NCBI GenBank assembly: GCA_040879385.1
Contig: JBBDKM010000057.1
Location: forward strand, 4,838 to 68,837
Direction: 5' to 3'
Source of the DNA: Thermoanaerobaculia bacterium
GTDB taxonomy: Bacteria > Acidobacteriota > Thermoanaerobaculia > UBA5066 > Gp7-AA6
Length of the DNA stretch: 64,000 nt
This document shows positions 25,253-34,173 of the stretch, piece by piece; the stretch's first letter is position 1; every line of letters begins with the position of its first letter. The notes below the pieces were generated by a model. That model saw only the letters and a program-made list of their open reading frames with translations, was not told the DNA's origin and did no database searches. A program made the translations under genes and the position numbers.

Positions 25253-27790
25253 CTATCGGACACCGGTCACGAGAAACAGGTCCGCCAGGTCCCTCGAGCA
25301 GTTGTAAGCGTAGGACTTCCCGTCGGGCGTCATCATGAGATCGGCATTCCAGATGCCGACCGGGTCCTGCGGCGTGATCGTTTTCCACGGCTCACGCCGG
25401 CCGGTCGAGAGCTCCACCCGAAAGACCCGAAAGGGCAGCTCGTCGATGTTCCACGCATACGCGAAACGGCCGTCTTCGCTCCAGTTCCTCCAGATGTAGT
25501 CGGTCGGCAGGAAGCCTGCGACAGGCCGTCGCTCCCCTCCATCAGTCGGGTAAATCCAGAAGTCGTTGCCCGTTTGCACGACCACGAAATGCCCGTCGGG
25601 GGAAATTGAAGCGCATTCCGCATTCACGCCCTCCAGGGTGACCGCCCGCGGGGGCCCCCCGGCGAGCTCTTGCACATAGAGCCTCCCCCCGTGTCCTTTT
25701 TCATGAGCGCCAAAGAGCAGCCGCCGCCCGTCCTGCGACCATCGGACGTAGAGGCGGTCATACCCTTCGATGGTCCCTCGCTCGAGCAGCCTCTCCTGAC
25801 CCGCGCCAGTGGGAACGAGAACGAGCTGCGCCGGCGGCCCCGCACGAACCACGGCCGCCCATTTCCCGTCGGCCGACAGCTCCGAAGCAAACCCCTCGCC
25901 GAGCTTCTTTGGAGGAGAGCCGTCGCTCCGGCGCAGATAGAAGCCGCCATTCTCATTGTCGAGCAGCATCTTTCCGTCGGCGGAGAGACCCATCGCGTTC
26001 GAGGACCCGAAGATCGTCAGATTCCGCTCTCTCGGTTCGCCCGCGGAACCTGCCCAGACTTCGTATCGGCGACGGTGGACGCCGAGGAGCATTCGTCCGT
26101 CTCTTGAAACGTCTTCCACGGTCAGGCCGTGGGGCATTCGCAGCAGCACGCGCTCCCTGCCCGCGAGGGTCACTGCCCGAAGCGTGCTGCCACCGCCCCG
26201 TTCATCCGTAGCGAACCAGATCTCGTCGCCCGAAGGGCTCCAAGCGAGGCTCCGCACGTCCCATCCCGAGACCGCGCGGCTCACGACCTCCATCTCGTGC
26301 CCGGAGACATCGGTCGCATGGAGGCGGTGCTCTTCAAGGTACGCGATGAGGTCCCCCGCCGGGGAAAAGCGTGAAAGAAAAGAGTGGCCCCGATGAATGA
26401 CCTTCCCAACGGGAAACTCGAGTTGGTCGCCCCGAACCACCATCATCTGCTTGCCGTCGGGGCTCCAATCGGCCCACCGGACATCTTCCGCTATTTCCCT
26501 GGGAGCTCCTCCCGCCAGCGGGGCCGTGGCGAGAGTTCCGCTCACGTAGAACCAGCCCTGGTCGATCTGAATCCTCCCCGTGATGATGGCGAGCTCACCG
26601 CTCGAAGAGAGGGAAACCAGACTCGCATCGGGAAGATCGAGTCTTTGCGACTCGGGAGCCTCAGGTCGCGTCAGGAAGATGCGGGGAGGGTCGCCGTCCC
26701 ATCGAGCGCTGTAAACGATTGTACGGCCGTCGGGTGTAAAGCGGGCTGCGCTGACGAAGCCACTGCGAAACGTGAGCCTCTGAAATGACGGCTGTGAAAG
26801 CGGCGGCTCTTTCCAAAGCATCCTGCCGGCGAGGAGACTCGCCGCGAGGAGGGCAGCCGCGGCGAGCACCTGATTCAGGCCCGTCCTGCGGCGCGGCGCC
26901 GCGGCGAGGGTCCCGCCGGAGCTGGCTTCCGAGAGGTGCCCCCCGATGGTCGCGAGCTCGCGCGCGAGGTCCCTGGTCGAGGCGTAGCGGGCTTCGGGAT
27001 CCTTGGCGAGGCAACGCTCGACGGTCCAGCGCAGCGGCGCTGGCGCTTGCGGGCTGACCGTGGCCATCGGCGCGGGTTCCTCGTTGATGATGGCCGAGAG
27101 CGTTTCCGCTCCGGTCTTTTTCAGGAACGCCCGCTTGCCCGTAGCCATCTCGTAGAGAATCGATCCGAAGGAGAACTGGTCCGACCGGAAGTCGACCAGC
27201 TCCCCGCTCGCCTGCTCCGGCGACATGTAGCCGACCGTCCCCACGATCATCCCGGGGCTCGTGCCCGTCTCCGTCGGCAGATGGGATCCCTCGTCGCTGC
27301 CCGACCCCACGTGCGTCGGCTTCGCCAGACCGAAGTCCAGGATCTTCACCAGCCCATCCTTCGTCACCATCAGGTTTTCGGGCTTCAGGTCCCGATGCAC
27401 GATCCCCGCTTCGTGCGCCTTTGCCAGTCCTTCCGCGATCTGGGTTGCGATCGGCAAGAGCTTCCGGGTCGGGATCGCTCCGCCCAGAAGAAGCTTGCGG
27501 AGCGTCTCTCCTTCGACTTTCTCCATCGCGAGGTAGGAAACGCCGTTTGCCGACCCGATGTCGTACACCGTAACGATGTTCGGGTGGTTCAGGGCCGACG
27601 CCGACCGCGCCTCCTTCTCGAATCGCCTCAGACGCGACGCGTCCAACGAGAGCTCCGAAGGCAGCACCTTGATCGCCACCTCACGATCGAGCCGCGTATC
27701 CCGCGCCCGATACACCTCCCCCATACCGCCCGCACCGAGCGGCGACAGCACCTCGTAGGGACCCAGGTGCGCGCCGATGCGAATGGTCAC
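25253..27790 (-). CDS. Ser/Thr protein kinase fused to TM segment and TolB/PD40-like beta-propeller (paralog 2)
   Basis: [64 protein letters not shown]40-like repeats through to ...MMTPDGKSYAYN. Confidence 0.9.
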   Translation of the reverse strand: MTIRIGAHLGPYEVLSPLGAGGMGEVYRARDTRLDREVAIKVLPSELSLDASRLRRFEKEARSASALNHPNIVTVYDIGSANGVSYLAMEKVEGETLRKLLLGGAIPTRKLLPIATQIAEGLAKAHEAGIVHRDLKPENLMVTKDGLVKILDFGLAKPTHVGSGSDEGSHLPTETGTSPGMIVGTVGYMSPEQASGELVDFRSDQFSFGSILYEMATGKRAFLKKTGAETLSAIINEEPAPMATVSPQAPAPLRWTVERCLAKDPEARYASTRDLARELATIGGHLSEASSGGTLAAAPRRRTGLNQVLAAAALLAASLLAGRMLWKEPPLSQPSFQRLTFRSGFVSAARFTPDGRTIVYSARWDGDPPRIFLTRPEAPESQRLDLPDASLVSLSSSGELAIITGRIQIDQGWFYVSGTLATAPLAGGAPREIAEDVRWADWSPDGKQMMVVRGDQLEFPVGKVIHRGHSFLSRFSPAGDLIAYLEEHRLHATDVSGHEMEVVSRAVSGWDVRSLAWSPSGDEIWFATDERGGGSTLRAVTLAGRERVLLRMPHGLTVEDVSRDGRMLLGVHRRRYEVWAGSAGEPRERNLTIFGSSNAMGLSADGKMLLDNENGGFYLRRSDGSPPKKLGEGFASELSADGKWAAVVRAGPPAQLVLVPTGAGQERLLERGTIEGYDRLYVRWSQDGRRLLFGAHEKGHGGRLYVQELAGGPPRAVTLEGVNAECASISPDGHFVVVQTGNDFWIYPTDGGERRPVAGFLPTDYIWRNWSEDGRFAYAWNIDELPFRVFRVELSTGRREPWKTITPQDPVGIWNADLMMTPDGKSYAYNCSRDLADLFLVTGVR

Positions 27791-28467
27791 GACGAATCCG
27801 CTCCGTCGCGCTCCGCCCCGGTCTCGGTCGATTCGGGAACCGCGAAGATGCGGATCGTCAGGGCAACCGACCCGACCTTGAGCTTGTCGCCGTCGGAGAG
27901 CGGCACCGCGGCCTCGACTCTCTTCGCGTGAAGAAAGGTCCCGTTCTTGCTGCCGAGGTCCTCGAGGGTGGCGCTCTCGTCGGCCACGAAGATGCGGGCG
28001 TGGCGACGCGAGACGCTGCGGTCATCGATGGACACGGCGGCGCCCGGGTCGCGGCCGATGATCGTCTCCCCCGGCTCCAGGGGAATGCGCAGCCGACCGC
28101 GTACCAGCCAGTGCACGGACTTGCGGCCGGAAACGACCGAGCGCTTCCCGGTCGCCTCCTGCGCCGTCCCGGAGAACGCGTAGCCGAAGCGGTGCACCGT
28201 GCGCACGAACTGAGACTCGTGCGCGTCGTCCCCGATCGCCTCGCGCACCTCGGCGAGCAGGCTCGTCACCGTGCCGTCTGAAACGAACGTCTCGGGCCAC
28301 AGGTGTCTGTGGATCGCTTCCTTGGCGACGGCCTTCGGACGATTCGCCAGCAGGAGCTCCAGGAACTGAAACGTCTTCGGCTGCAGGTGAACCTCTTCGC
28401 CGCGCACGAAGAGCTGGCGAGTTTCCGAATCGAGCAGGCACTCCCCGAACCGCACGCGCATCACCAC
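27787..28467 (-). CDS. Transcriptional regulator: OmpR/PhoB-type winged-helix DNA-binding domain plus C-terminal FHA domain
   Basis: N-terminus ETRQLFVRGEEVHLQPKTFQFLELLLANRPKAVAKEAIHRHLWPE...FVRTVHRFGYAF (trans_reg_C). C-terminus GETIIGRDPGAAVSIDDRSVSRRHARIFV...LEDLGSKNGTFL (FHA: GR...SR.H...D.S.NGT). Stop overlaps the kinase-2 start (4 nt). Confidence 0.8.
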   Translation of the reverse strand: MVMRVRFGECLLDSETRQLFVRGEEVHLQPKTFQFLELLLANRPKAVAKEAIHRHLWPETFVSDGTVTSLLAEVREAIGDDAHESQFVRTVHRFGYAFSGTAQEATGKRSVVSGRKSVHWLVRGRLRIPLEPGETIIGRDPGAAVSIDDRSVSRRHARIFVADESATLEDLGSKNGTFLHAKRVEAAVPLSDGDKLKVGSVALTIRIFAVPESTETGAERDGADSS

Positions 28468-28594
28468 CCCCGGAAATAAGCCGGAGATTCCCCGCGAATT
28501 CGCAACGACTCCGGCGCGCCCTGAGCGAGATCTTGATTATCGCGCAAAGGGCATCCGAAACACGGATGACCCGGCGCTCCGAAAGGAGTCGCCC

Positions 28595-29128
28595 ATGTTC
28601 TGCCGCGATGAAGGGTCACGCCACCGCCACTTCGGTACCGTCTTCGTTCTCGTGCTCCTCGCTCAAATCGACGAGGCCCTTGGAGGGGAACCCGGACAGC
28701 CAGTTCAGGTCGCGCGGGCCTCCAACCTTCCCTCGATCGTGGTGCGGGCGGTTCAGGACGCCGCCTCGAAGCTCGCGACCCCGGCCTGCCGGGAGATCTT
28801 CTCCGACTTCCGCGATGTGGGCGGAAACACCCTGCAGAGGAACCTCGATGCGCTGGGCGTGTCCGGCGCGGACTATCTCGGGTGGACCCTCTTCTACGAC
28901 GGCCAGGGAAAGCGGATCTGCGAGTCACGAGGAATCCTTGCCGCGACTTCGCCGGGAAGCCGCGCCGTTTTCGTCTGCACCGAGCAGTTCTCGGCCGTCG
29001 CACACCGGGAGCCAGGCCTGGCGGCGGCCCTGATCATCCACGAGGAGCTCCACTCGCTGGGGCTCGGCGAGCGCCCGCCGGACAGCAAAGCCATCACCGC
29101 GCAGGTGATCGCGAGGTGTGGAAAGTGA
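28595..29128 (+). CDS. Hypothetical protein with HExxH motif (possible small zinc metallopeptidase-like protein)
   Basis: AAGGAG 7 nt upstream of ATG 28595. AALIIHEELHSLGLGE motif. High GC3. No family recognised. Confidence 0.45.
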   Translation: MFCRDEGSRHRHFGTVFVLVLLAQIDEALGGEPGQPVQVARASNLPSIVVRAVQDAASKLATPACREIFSDFRDVGGNTLQRNLDALGVSGADYLGWTLFYDGQGKRICESRGILAATSPGSRAVFVCTEQFSAVAHREPGLAAALIIHEELHSLGLGERPPDSKAITAQVIARCGK

Positions 29129-29853
29129 GCGCGATCGTGAGGCCCCCGCTGCCACCCGCGGCCCGCGCCCTTGCGTCGGGCGGGGAGCTGGAAGGGCCGG
29201 AAGCCCTGCTGGCGCGGGCTTGCGCCATGGGGATCCCGTGGGAGCGACTGCTCCGCCGCGAGATCGCAGCCGAGACGACGCTGCGCGCGTTCTTCGTCGA
29301 GGTGGACGGGAACTGGCCGCTCTGGGCCGCTCTGGCCGCGCTGCCCTTCTGTCCGCTCCAGTCGTGGCGCGTTCGCGACCGGCTCGAGGGGCTCTCCTCG
29401 GAGGCTCGCAGCGTCGGTTGCCCCAGGGCCGCCCGCGCGCTGCGCGCCGTGTTCCGGCACCTCTGCGGCAAGGCGAGCGGCTGCGCCTCGGCGCCGGCCT
29501 TAGCTCGGCACCTCTGGTTCGCCTACCAACGCGTGCTCGTCCTCCAGCACATCGGGCGGGCCGCGCACCGCAGTCACGGCAGCTACGAGGAATGCGTCGC
29601 CTGCGTCACCGCGAAAACCACGTGCTGCCGCGCCGACGCCGAGTGGGCGGTGCGCCGGGAAGACCGCCCCGGGAAGTCTCACCTTCTCGACGACGCCATG
29701 CGCAAGGCCCGCGAGGAGGGATTCGAGATCCCGCACCAGTCGACCGAGGCGCGAGCTTTTCGCCGCCTGCGCAGCGTCGCGCGCTCTTCGCCGCACCTGG
29801 TCCCGCGCGCTCCCGCGCTCCAGAACGGGAACGGTTCGGAGGATCTGGAGTGA
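29125..29853 (+). CDS. Hypothetical Cys-rich protein
   Basis: GTG overlaps the upstream stop (GTGA). Codon GC3 ~87%, consistent with coding. SYEECVACVTAKTTCCRADAEW cysteine cluster. No family recognised. Confidence 0.4.
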   Translation: MSAIVRPPLPPAARALASGGELEGPEALLARACAMGIPWERLLRREIAAETTLRAFFVEVDGNWPLWAALAALPFCPLQSWRVRDRLEGLSSEARSVGCPRAARALRAVFRHLCGKASGCASAPALARHLWFAYQRVLVLQHIGRAAHRSHGSYEECVACVTAKTTCCRADAEWAVRREDRPGKSHLLDDAMRKAREEGFEIPHQSTEARAFRRLRSVARSSPHLVPRAPALQNGNGSEDLE

Positions 29854-30038
29854 TCCACATTTCTGCGACGCGTTCAATTCGCCGGATCGTACTGGGGGTC
29901 GCGAGAGAAATCGCCCCGCTCGCAGCTTCTCGAGCCGCGAAGGTTGTTTCGTTTTCGACACCGAATTTGAACTGGTCTCCACATTGCTCTTTGGGAAGTC
30001 ACCACGAAAGTCGTGGAAAGTACTTTGGAGGTTTAGTC

Positions 30039-32981
30039 ATGCGAAGTCTTCACCGATATACCTGGTTCCTGGCCCTCTTTTGCATCCTCGCGGCGACCGC
30101 CGCAACGGCCCAGACGACGGGTGCGATCACGGGAACCGTCAGCGACGCGAGCGGGCAGGGTCTGCCGGGCGTGACGGTCGAAGTCCGGGGGGTCGCTCTC
30201 CAGGGCTCGAAGACCGCCGTCACGGGCCGCAACGGCGAGTACCGGTTCCCCTCCTTGTCTCCCGGCTCGTACACGATCACATTTGCGCTCGCGGGCTTCG
30301 GCAAGACTCAGACGAACGCGCAGGTCTTCCTCGACAAGAACGTCGTCGCGGACGCGACGCTCCAGATCAGTGCGCAGGAAGACATCACGGTCACGGGCGA
30401 GGCGCCCGTCATCGACGCGACGTCGTCTTCCACGGGCACCAACTTTACCGCCGACTTCTTGAAGACGCTGCCCATCGGGCGCGGCTTCCAGTCTGTCGCC
30501 ACGAAGACCCCGGGCGTCATTCAGGGATTCGGCGCCGACGCGACCAACTTCAACGTCCAGGGCGCCACGGGCGCCGAGAACGCCTTCATCATCGACGGCG
30601 TCGATACGACCGAGATCCAGTACGGCCGGCAGGGCAAGGCCGCGCCGAGCGAGTTCATCCAGGAAATCGAAGTGAAAGCGGGCGGCTACTCGGCCGAATA
30701 CGGCCACGCGCAGGGTGGCGTTTTGAATGCGATTACCAAGCAGGGAGGCAACTCCTTCCACGGCGACGTATTCGGCTACTTCGCAGGCCGGCCCGGCGAG
30801 GCCGACTCCGGGAACTTCTGGCAGGCGAAGGACGACAATCTCCAGGCCAAAGCCGACAGCCTGGGGACCGTGCGCGCACAGACCGACCCCATCCGGAACA
30901 CGCTGCGTAACGACTACGGCGCGGATCTGGGGGGGTACTTCATGAAGGACCGCATCTGGTTCTTCGGCGCGTACGACCGCGTGCACCAGGATCAGAAGAA
31001 TTATCTGAACGATCCCGTTGGACACTGCAGCGGCCCATGCGACGCGGGCCCGGGAACCGGAACCCTGACCGGCCAATCGCTGTCGACCGTCGTGGATCAG
31101 GACCTCTTCGCCGGCAAGCTCACGTTCCAGGTGCTGGAAGGTCTCTCGATCGTCGGCTCGATCTTCGGGGACCCGACGACCACGGGGCCGAACCTGGCCA
31201 CGCCGATCGCCGGTGCCGATCCGGGCACGTATCTGGGAACGCTCAAGCAGGGCGGCACGGACTACACCGGCCGGCTGACGGGCGTCGTCAAATCGAGCCT
31301 GCTCTTCGAGCTCCAGGGCGCGCTCCACGCCGAGAAGACCGTGCAGACGCCCGACAACTCGACTGATCGCCGCTTCATCACGGTGACGCCTTCCGGGGTT
31401 CCGGCGACGGGCGGCTTCGGCTTCCACCGGGACCAGAGCTTCAACCGCACGTACTTCCGCACCGCCGCAACTTATTTCGCGAATCTGGCCGGCACGCATG
31501 AGTTCAAGGTCGGCGGCGACTACGCCCATGTCAGCTCCGACAGCAAGCGCGTGTATACGGGGCCCGCGGGAATGAAAGAGACGGTCTTCGTCTACAACAC
31601 GGCGGCAGGCCCCGTCTATCAGCACGAGTACAATGCGATCAACGCGCGCAACGCCACCGGCGACCCGATCGAGGTCGACATAGCGCCGGGCGGCACGGTC
31701 TCCCGCACGAACAACACCGGCGTCTTCGCGCAAGATCGCTGGCAGCTCCTGCCGGAATTGACCCTGAACCTCGGGGTCCGCTGGGAAGACCAAAAGGTCA
31801 AAGACGTCGACAATCGCACGCAGATCCACATCAACGACGAGTGGATGCCGCGTGTCGGTTTTGCGTGGGATTTCGCCGGCGGGGGGCGCTCGCGCCTCTA
31901 CGGCAACTACTCGCGCTTCTACCAGACGATGCCCTCGGACATCAACATCCGCGCCTACGGCCTCGAGGTCACGACGGCGGTCTACAACTTCGACCCGAAC
32001 AGCGCCGTCGGAGACCCGGCCGCGTGCCTGGCGCCATACAGCGTCTGCGCTCCGGGAACGAACCCCGCAAACAAGTTCGGGTCGTCAAGAATCAAGACCG
32101 GCGGGTCCTTCGGTGAGCCCACGCAGCCGGGCCTCCAAGGTCAGTTCTCCGACAACATCACCCTCGGCGTCCAGTACGAAATCGTTCCGAACTTATCGGT
32201 CGGCGTCGAGGCTCTCTACAGAGATCTCGGCCGCGTCGTCGAGGACGGCGGCGTGCTGGATTCCAACGGAGACTTGAATTACTTCATCTTCAACCCGGGC
32301 ACGGTTTTCACTCTTCCGGGGGGCACAGAGGCGGTCGGCGCCGGGATCACGCCGCCGAAGCGTTACTACCGCGCCTTGCAGTTCACCGCCCAGAAGCGCT
32401 TCTCGAACCAGCTGCAGTTCCTCGCCTCGTACGTTTTATCGAAGCTCGAAGGCGACTACGACGGAGTCTTCCAGACCTCGACGGGGCAGCTGGATCCGAA
32501 CATCAACTCGGCCTACGACTACCCCATCTTCCAGCAGAACGCCCGCGGCTACCTGACCAACGACCGCCGGCACGTCGTCAAGCTCGATGGCTCCTACATC
32601 ACGCCGTTCCGCCTGACGCTGGGCCTCTCCGCCTTCTACTACTCGGGCACACCGCTCAACCGGTACGGCTACTACAACGACTACCGCAATTACGAGCTGT
32701 TCCTTCTCCCGCGCGGCACCGCGGGGCGCACCCCGAGCATCTACGACGCGGACCTCCACATCGGGTATCTGCTTCCGCTCGGGCCTGTCGACTTCAATGT
32801 CGGCTTGGACGTTTTCAACGTCCTGAACCTGCAGCGCACGGGCTCGCAGGACCAGCGGTTCGACCTCTCCGGTGGAGACCCTCCGGGCGAGAACCCGGGC
32901 ACGTTAAATCCCAACTACCTGCAGCCGGTCACTTTCACCGGGCGCCGCAACGTGCGGATCTTCGGGAAGGTGTCGTTCTAG
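30039..32981 (+). CDS. TonB-dependent receptor-like outer-membrane protein with N-terminal carboxypeptidase-regulatory-like domain
   Basis: GGAGG 8 nt upstream of ATG. Signal peptide MRSLHRYTWFLALFCILAATAATAQ. TGAITGTVSDASGQGLPGVTVEV (CarbopepD_reg). Plug-like EDITVTG...IDGVD. C-terminal aromatic residue (F). The 1287-aa track ORF is a 5' over-extension. Confidence 0.85.
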   Translation: MRSLHRYTWFLALFCILAATAATAQTTGAITGTVSDASGQGLPGVTVEVRGVALQGSKTAVTGRNGEYRFPSLSPGSYTITFALAGFGKTQTNAQVFLDKNVVADATLQISAQEDITVTGEAPVIDATSSSTGTNFTADFLKTLPIGRGFQSVATKTPGVIQGFGADATNFNVQGATGAENAFIIDGVDTTEIQYGRQGKAAPSEFIQEIEVKAGGYSAEYGHAQGGVLNAITKQGGNSFHGDVFGYFAGRPGEADSGNFWQAKDDNLQAKADSLGTVRAQTDPIRNTLRNDYGADLGGYFMKDRIWFFGAYDRVHQDQKNYLNDPVGHCSGPCDAGPGTGTLTGQSLSTVVDQDLFAGKLTFQVLEGLSIVGSIFGDPTTTGPNLATPIAGADPGTYLGTLKQGGTDYTGRLTGVVKSSLLFELQGALHAEKTVQTPDNSTDRRFITVTPSGVPATGGFGFHRDQSFNRTYFRTAATYFANLAGTHEFKVGGDYAHVSSDSKRVYTGPAGMKETVFVYNTAAGPVYQHEYNAINARNATGDPIEVDIAPGGTVSRTNNTGVFAQDRWQLLPELTLNLGVRWEDQKVKDVDNRTQIHINDEWMPRVGFAWDFAGGGRSRLYGNYSRFYQTMPSDINIRAYGLEVTTAVYNFDPNSAVGDPAACLAPYSVCAPGTNPANKFGSSRIKTGGSFGEPTQPGLQGQFSDNITLGVQYEIVPNLSVGVEALYRDLGRVVEDGGVLDSNGDLNYFIFNPGTVFTLPGGTEAVGAGITPPKRYYRALQFTAQKRFSNQLQFLASYVLSKLEGDYDGVFQTSTGQLDPNINSAYDYPIFQQNARGYLTNDRRHVVKLDGSYITPFRLTLGLSAFYYSGTPLNRYGYYNDYRNYELFLLPRGTAGRTPSIYDADLHIGYLLPLGPVDFNVGLDVFNVLNLQRTGSQDQRFDLSGGDPPGENPGTLNPNYLQPVTFTGRRNVRIFGKVSF

Positions 32982-33004
32982 ACTACAACCCAACGGTTCA
33001 TTTC

Positions 33005-33034
33005 GAGGGGCCCCTTGCGGGGCCCCTTTTTTTC
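33005..33034. terminator. Rho-independent terminator, likely bidirectional (TBDR on +, GWxTD gene on -)
   Basis: gaggggcccc-ttgc-ggggcccc followed by TTTTTTT. 24 nt after the TBDR stop. Confidence 0.7.
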
Positions 33035-33046
33035 CCCCGGAACGGA

Positions 33047-34120
33047 TCAGTCGTTCGACTGGTCCGGTCCCTGTGCGGCCAGCTCGAGGGTGGTCAACAC
33101 GTTGGGATCTCTCTGCAGCACGGCGACGCCGTAGCCCCGCTTCGTGAGGAACTCGAACTCGACCTCGGCGAATCGCACGGCGGCAGGCAGGCGGTCGCGC
33201 CGGTAGTGCCAGACATCTCGCGTTCCCTGGAGGTGCTCGGTGGTGAGCCCGTCGCGCGGGGCGTACACGAGCCGCGTCGAGCCGTCGGGATTGCTCCGCG
33301 GCTCGAGCAGTGGCGCCGCTCGCAAGGTCTGGACGGCGTCGTCTTCGGGCATCAGGGGCCGCTGTCCGATATAGCTCGGCGGACCCAGAAGAACGAACAC
33401 CATCCCGCGGTCGGTCCCGCTTCCTTTCGCCTCGCCGTCGTTGAACCGGCTATCCGCAAAACGGACACGGCGCTCGATCTCCGCCCGGTATTCGTTCTCC
33501 GGGGTCTCCGGCGTCGGGTCCCGACGCTGCCAGAAGGCAGCGACGAACTCGGCGCGCGTGACCGGGTCGCTGATTCGCTTCCAGTCTTCCTTCTCGCTCT
33601 TGCTGTTCAGGAACCGAAGCGCGCCGTCCGCCCACTTCTCGTCGATCGGCAGGGGCGGTACCGGCGCCGATCGCTGAAAGCGCGCGTACTCCTCGGCGAG
33701 CCCACCCTCGCCCGACTCCCGCCCGCGCGAGCCCTCCCCCCGCACGCTCCGATACAGCTCGACCACGGACTTCGGATACGTCCCGGGATCGAGCCGCGCC
33801 GCCGGCGACGGCGACGAGGCCACATAAGCCTCGAACGCTGCGCGCGCCTGTGCGGTCCGCCCGAGCGCCGCGAGGTTGACGGCGCGGTAGAAGGCGATGG
33901 CGGACTCGAGCTTCTTTCGCGACGTCTCGAATTCCGGTTTGCGGCCTTCCTCGTCCAGCGTTTGCAGCGTCGAGAGCGAGGCTTCGTAGGCGCCGTGCGT
34001 GAACTGCCCCTTCGCGCGATTGAAGAGCTCGGCCAAGGACGGAGCGGGCGCATCCTGCGCGGCGACCCGGCCGGCGATGCTGAGGAAAGCCGCGAGAGAT
34101 AAGGCTGCGATGCGTTTCAT
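33047..34120 (-). CDS. GWxTD domain protein (secreted)
   Basis: Signal peptide MKRIAALSLAAFLSIAGRVAAQ. Core KEDWKRISDP...FVAAFWQRRDPTPETPENEYRAEIERRVRFADSRF...GSGTDRGMVFVLLGPP matches the GWxTD domain. Confidence 0.75.
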   Translation of the reverse strand: MKRIAALSLAAFLSIAGRVAAQDAPAPSLAELFNRAKGQFTHGAYEASLSTLQTLDEEGRKPEFETSRKKLESAIAFYRAVNLAALGRTAQARAAFEAYVASSPSPAARLDPGTYPKSVVELYRSVRGEGSRGRESGEGGLAEEYARFQRSAPVPPLPIDEKWADGALRFLNSKSEKEDWKRISDPVTRAEFVAAFWQRRDPTPETPENEYRAEIERRVRFADSRFNDGEAKGSGTDRGMVFVLLGPPSYIGQRPLMPEDDAVQTLRAAPLLEPRSNPDGSTRLVYAPRDGLTTEHLQGTRDVWHYRRDRLPAAVRFAEVEFEFLTKRGYGVAVLQRDPNVLTTLELAAQGPDQSND

Positions 34121-34173
34121 GATTGGCCTCCTGGAGAATCTCACTGTATACCTCTCGCCCACTGTCGGCTCAC

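Noticed and set aside
29118-30038. N-terminal 300 aa of the 1287-aa ORF preceding the TonB-dependent receptor
   Set aside because: No protein-like composition. The receptor has its own RBS, ATG and signal peptide at 30039.
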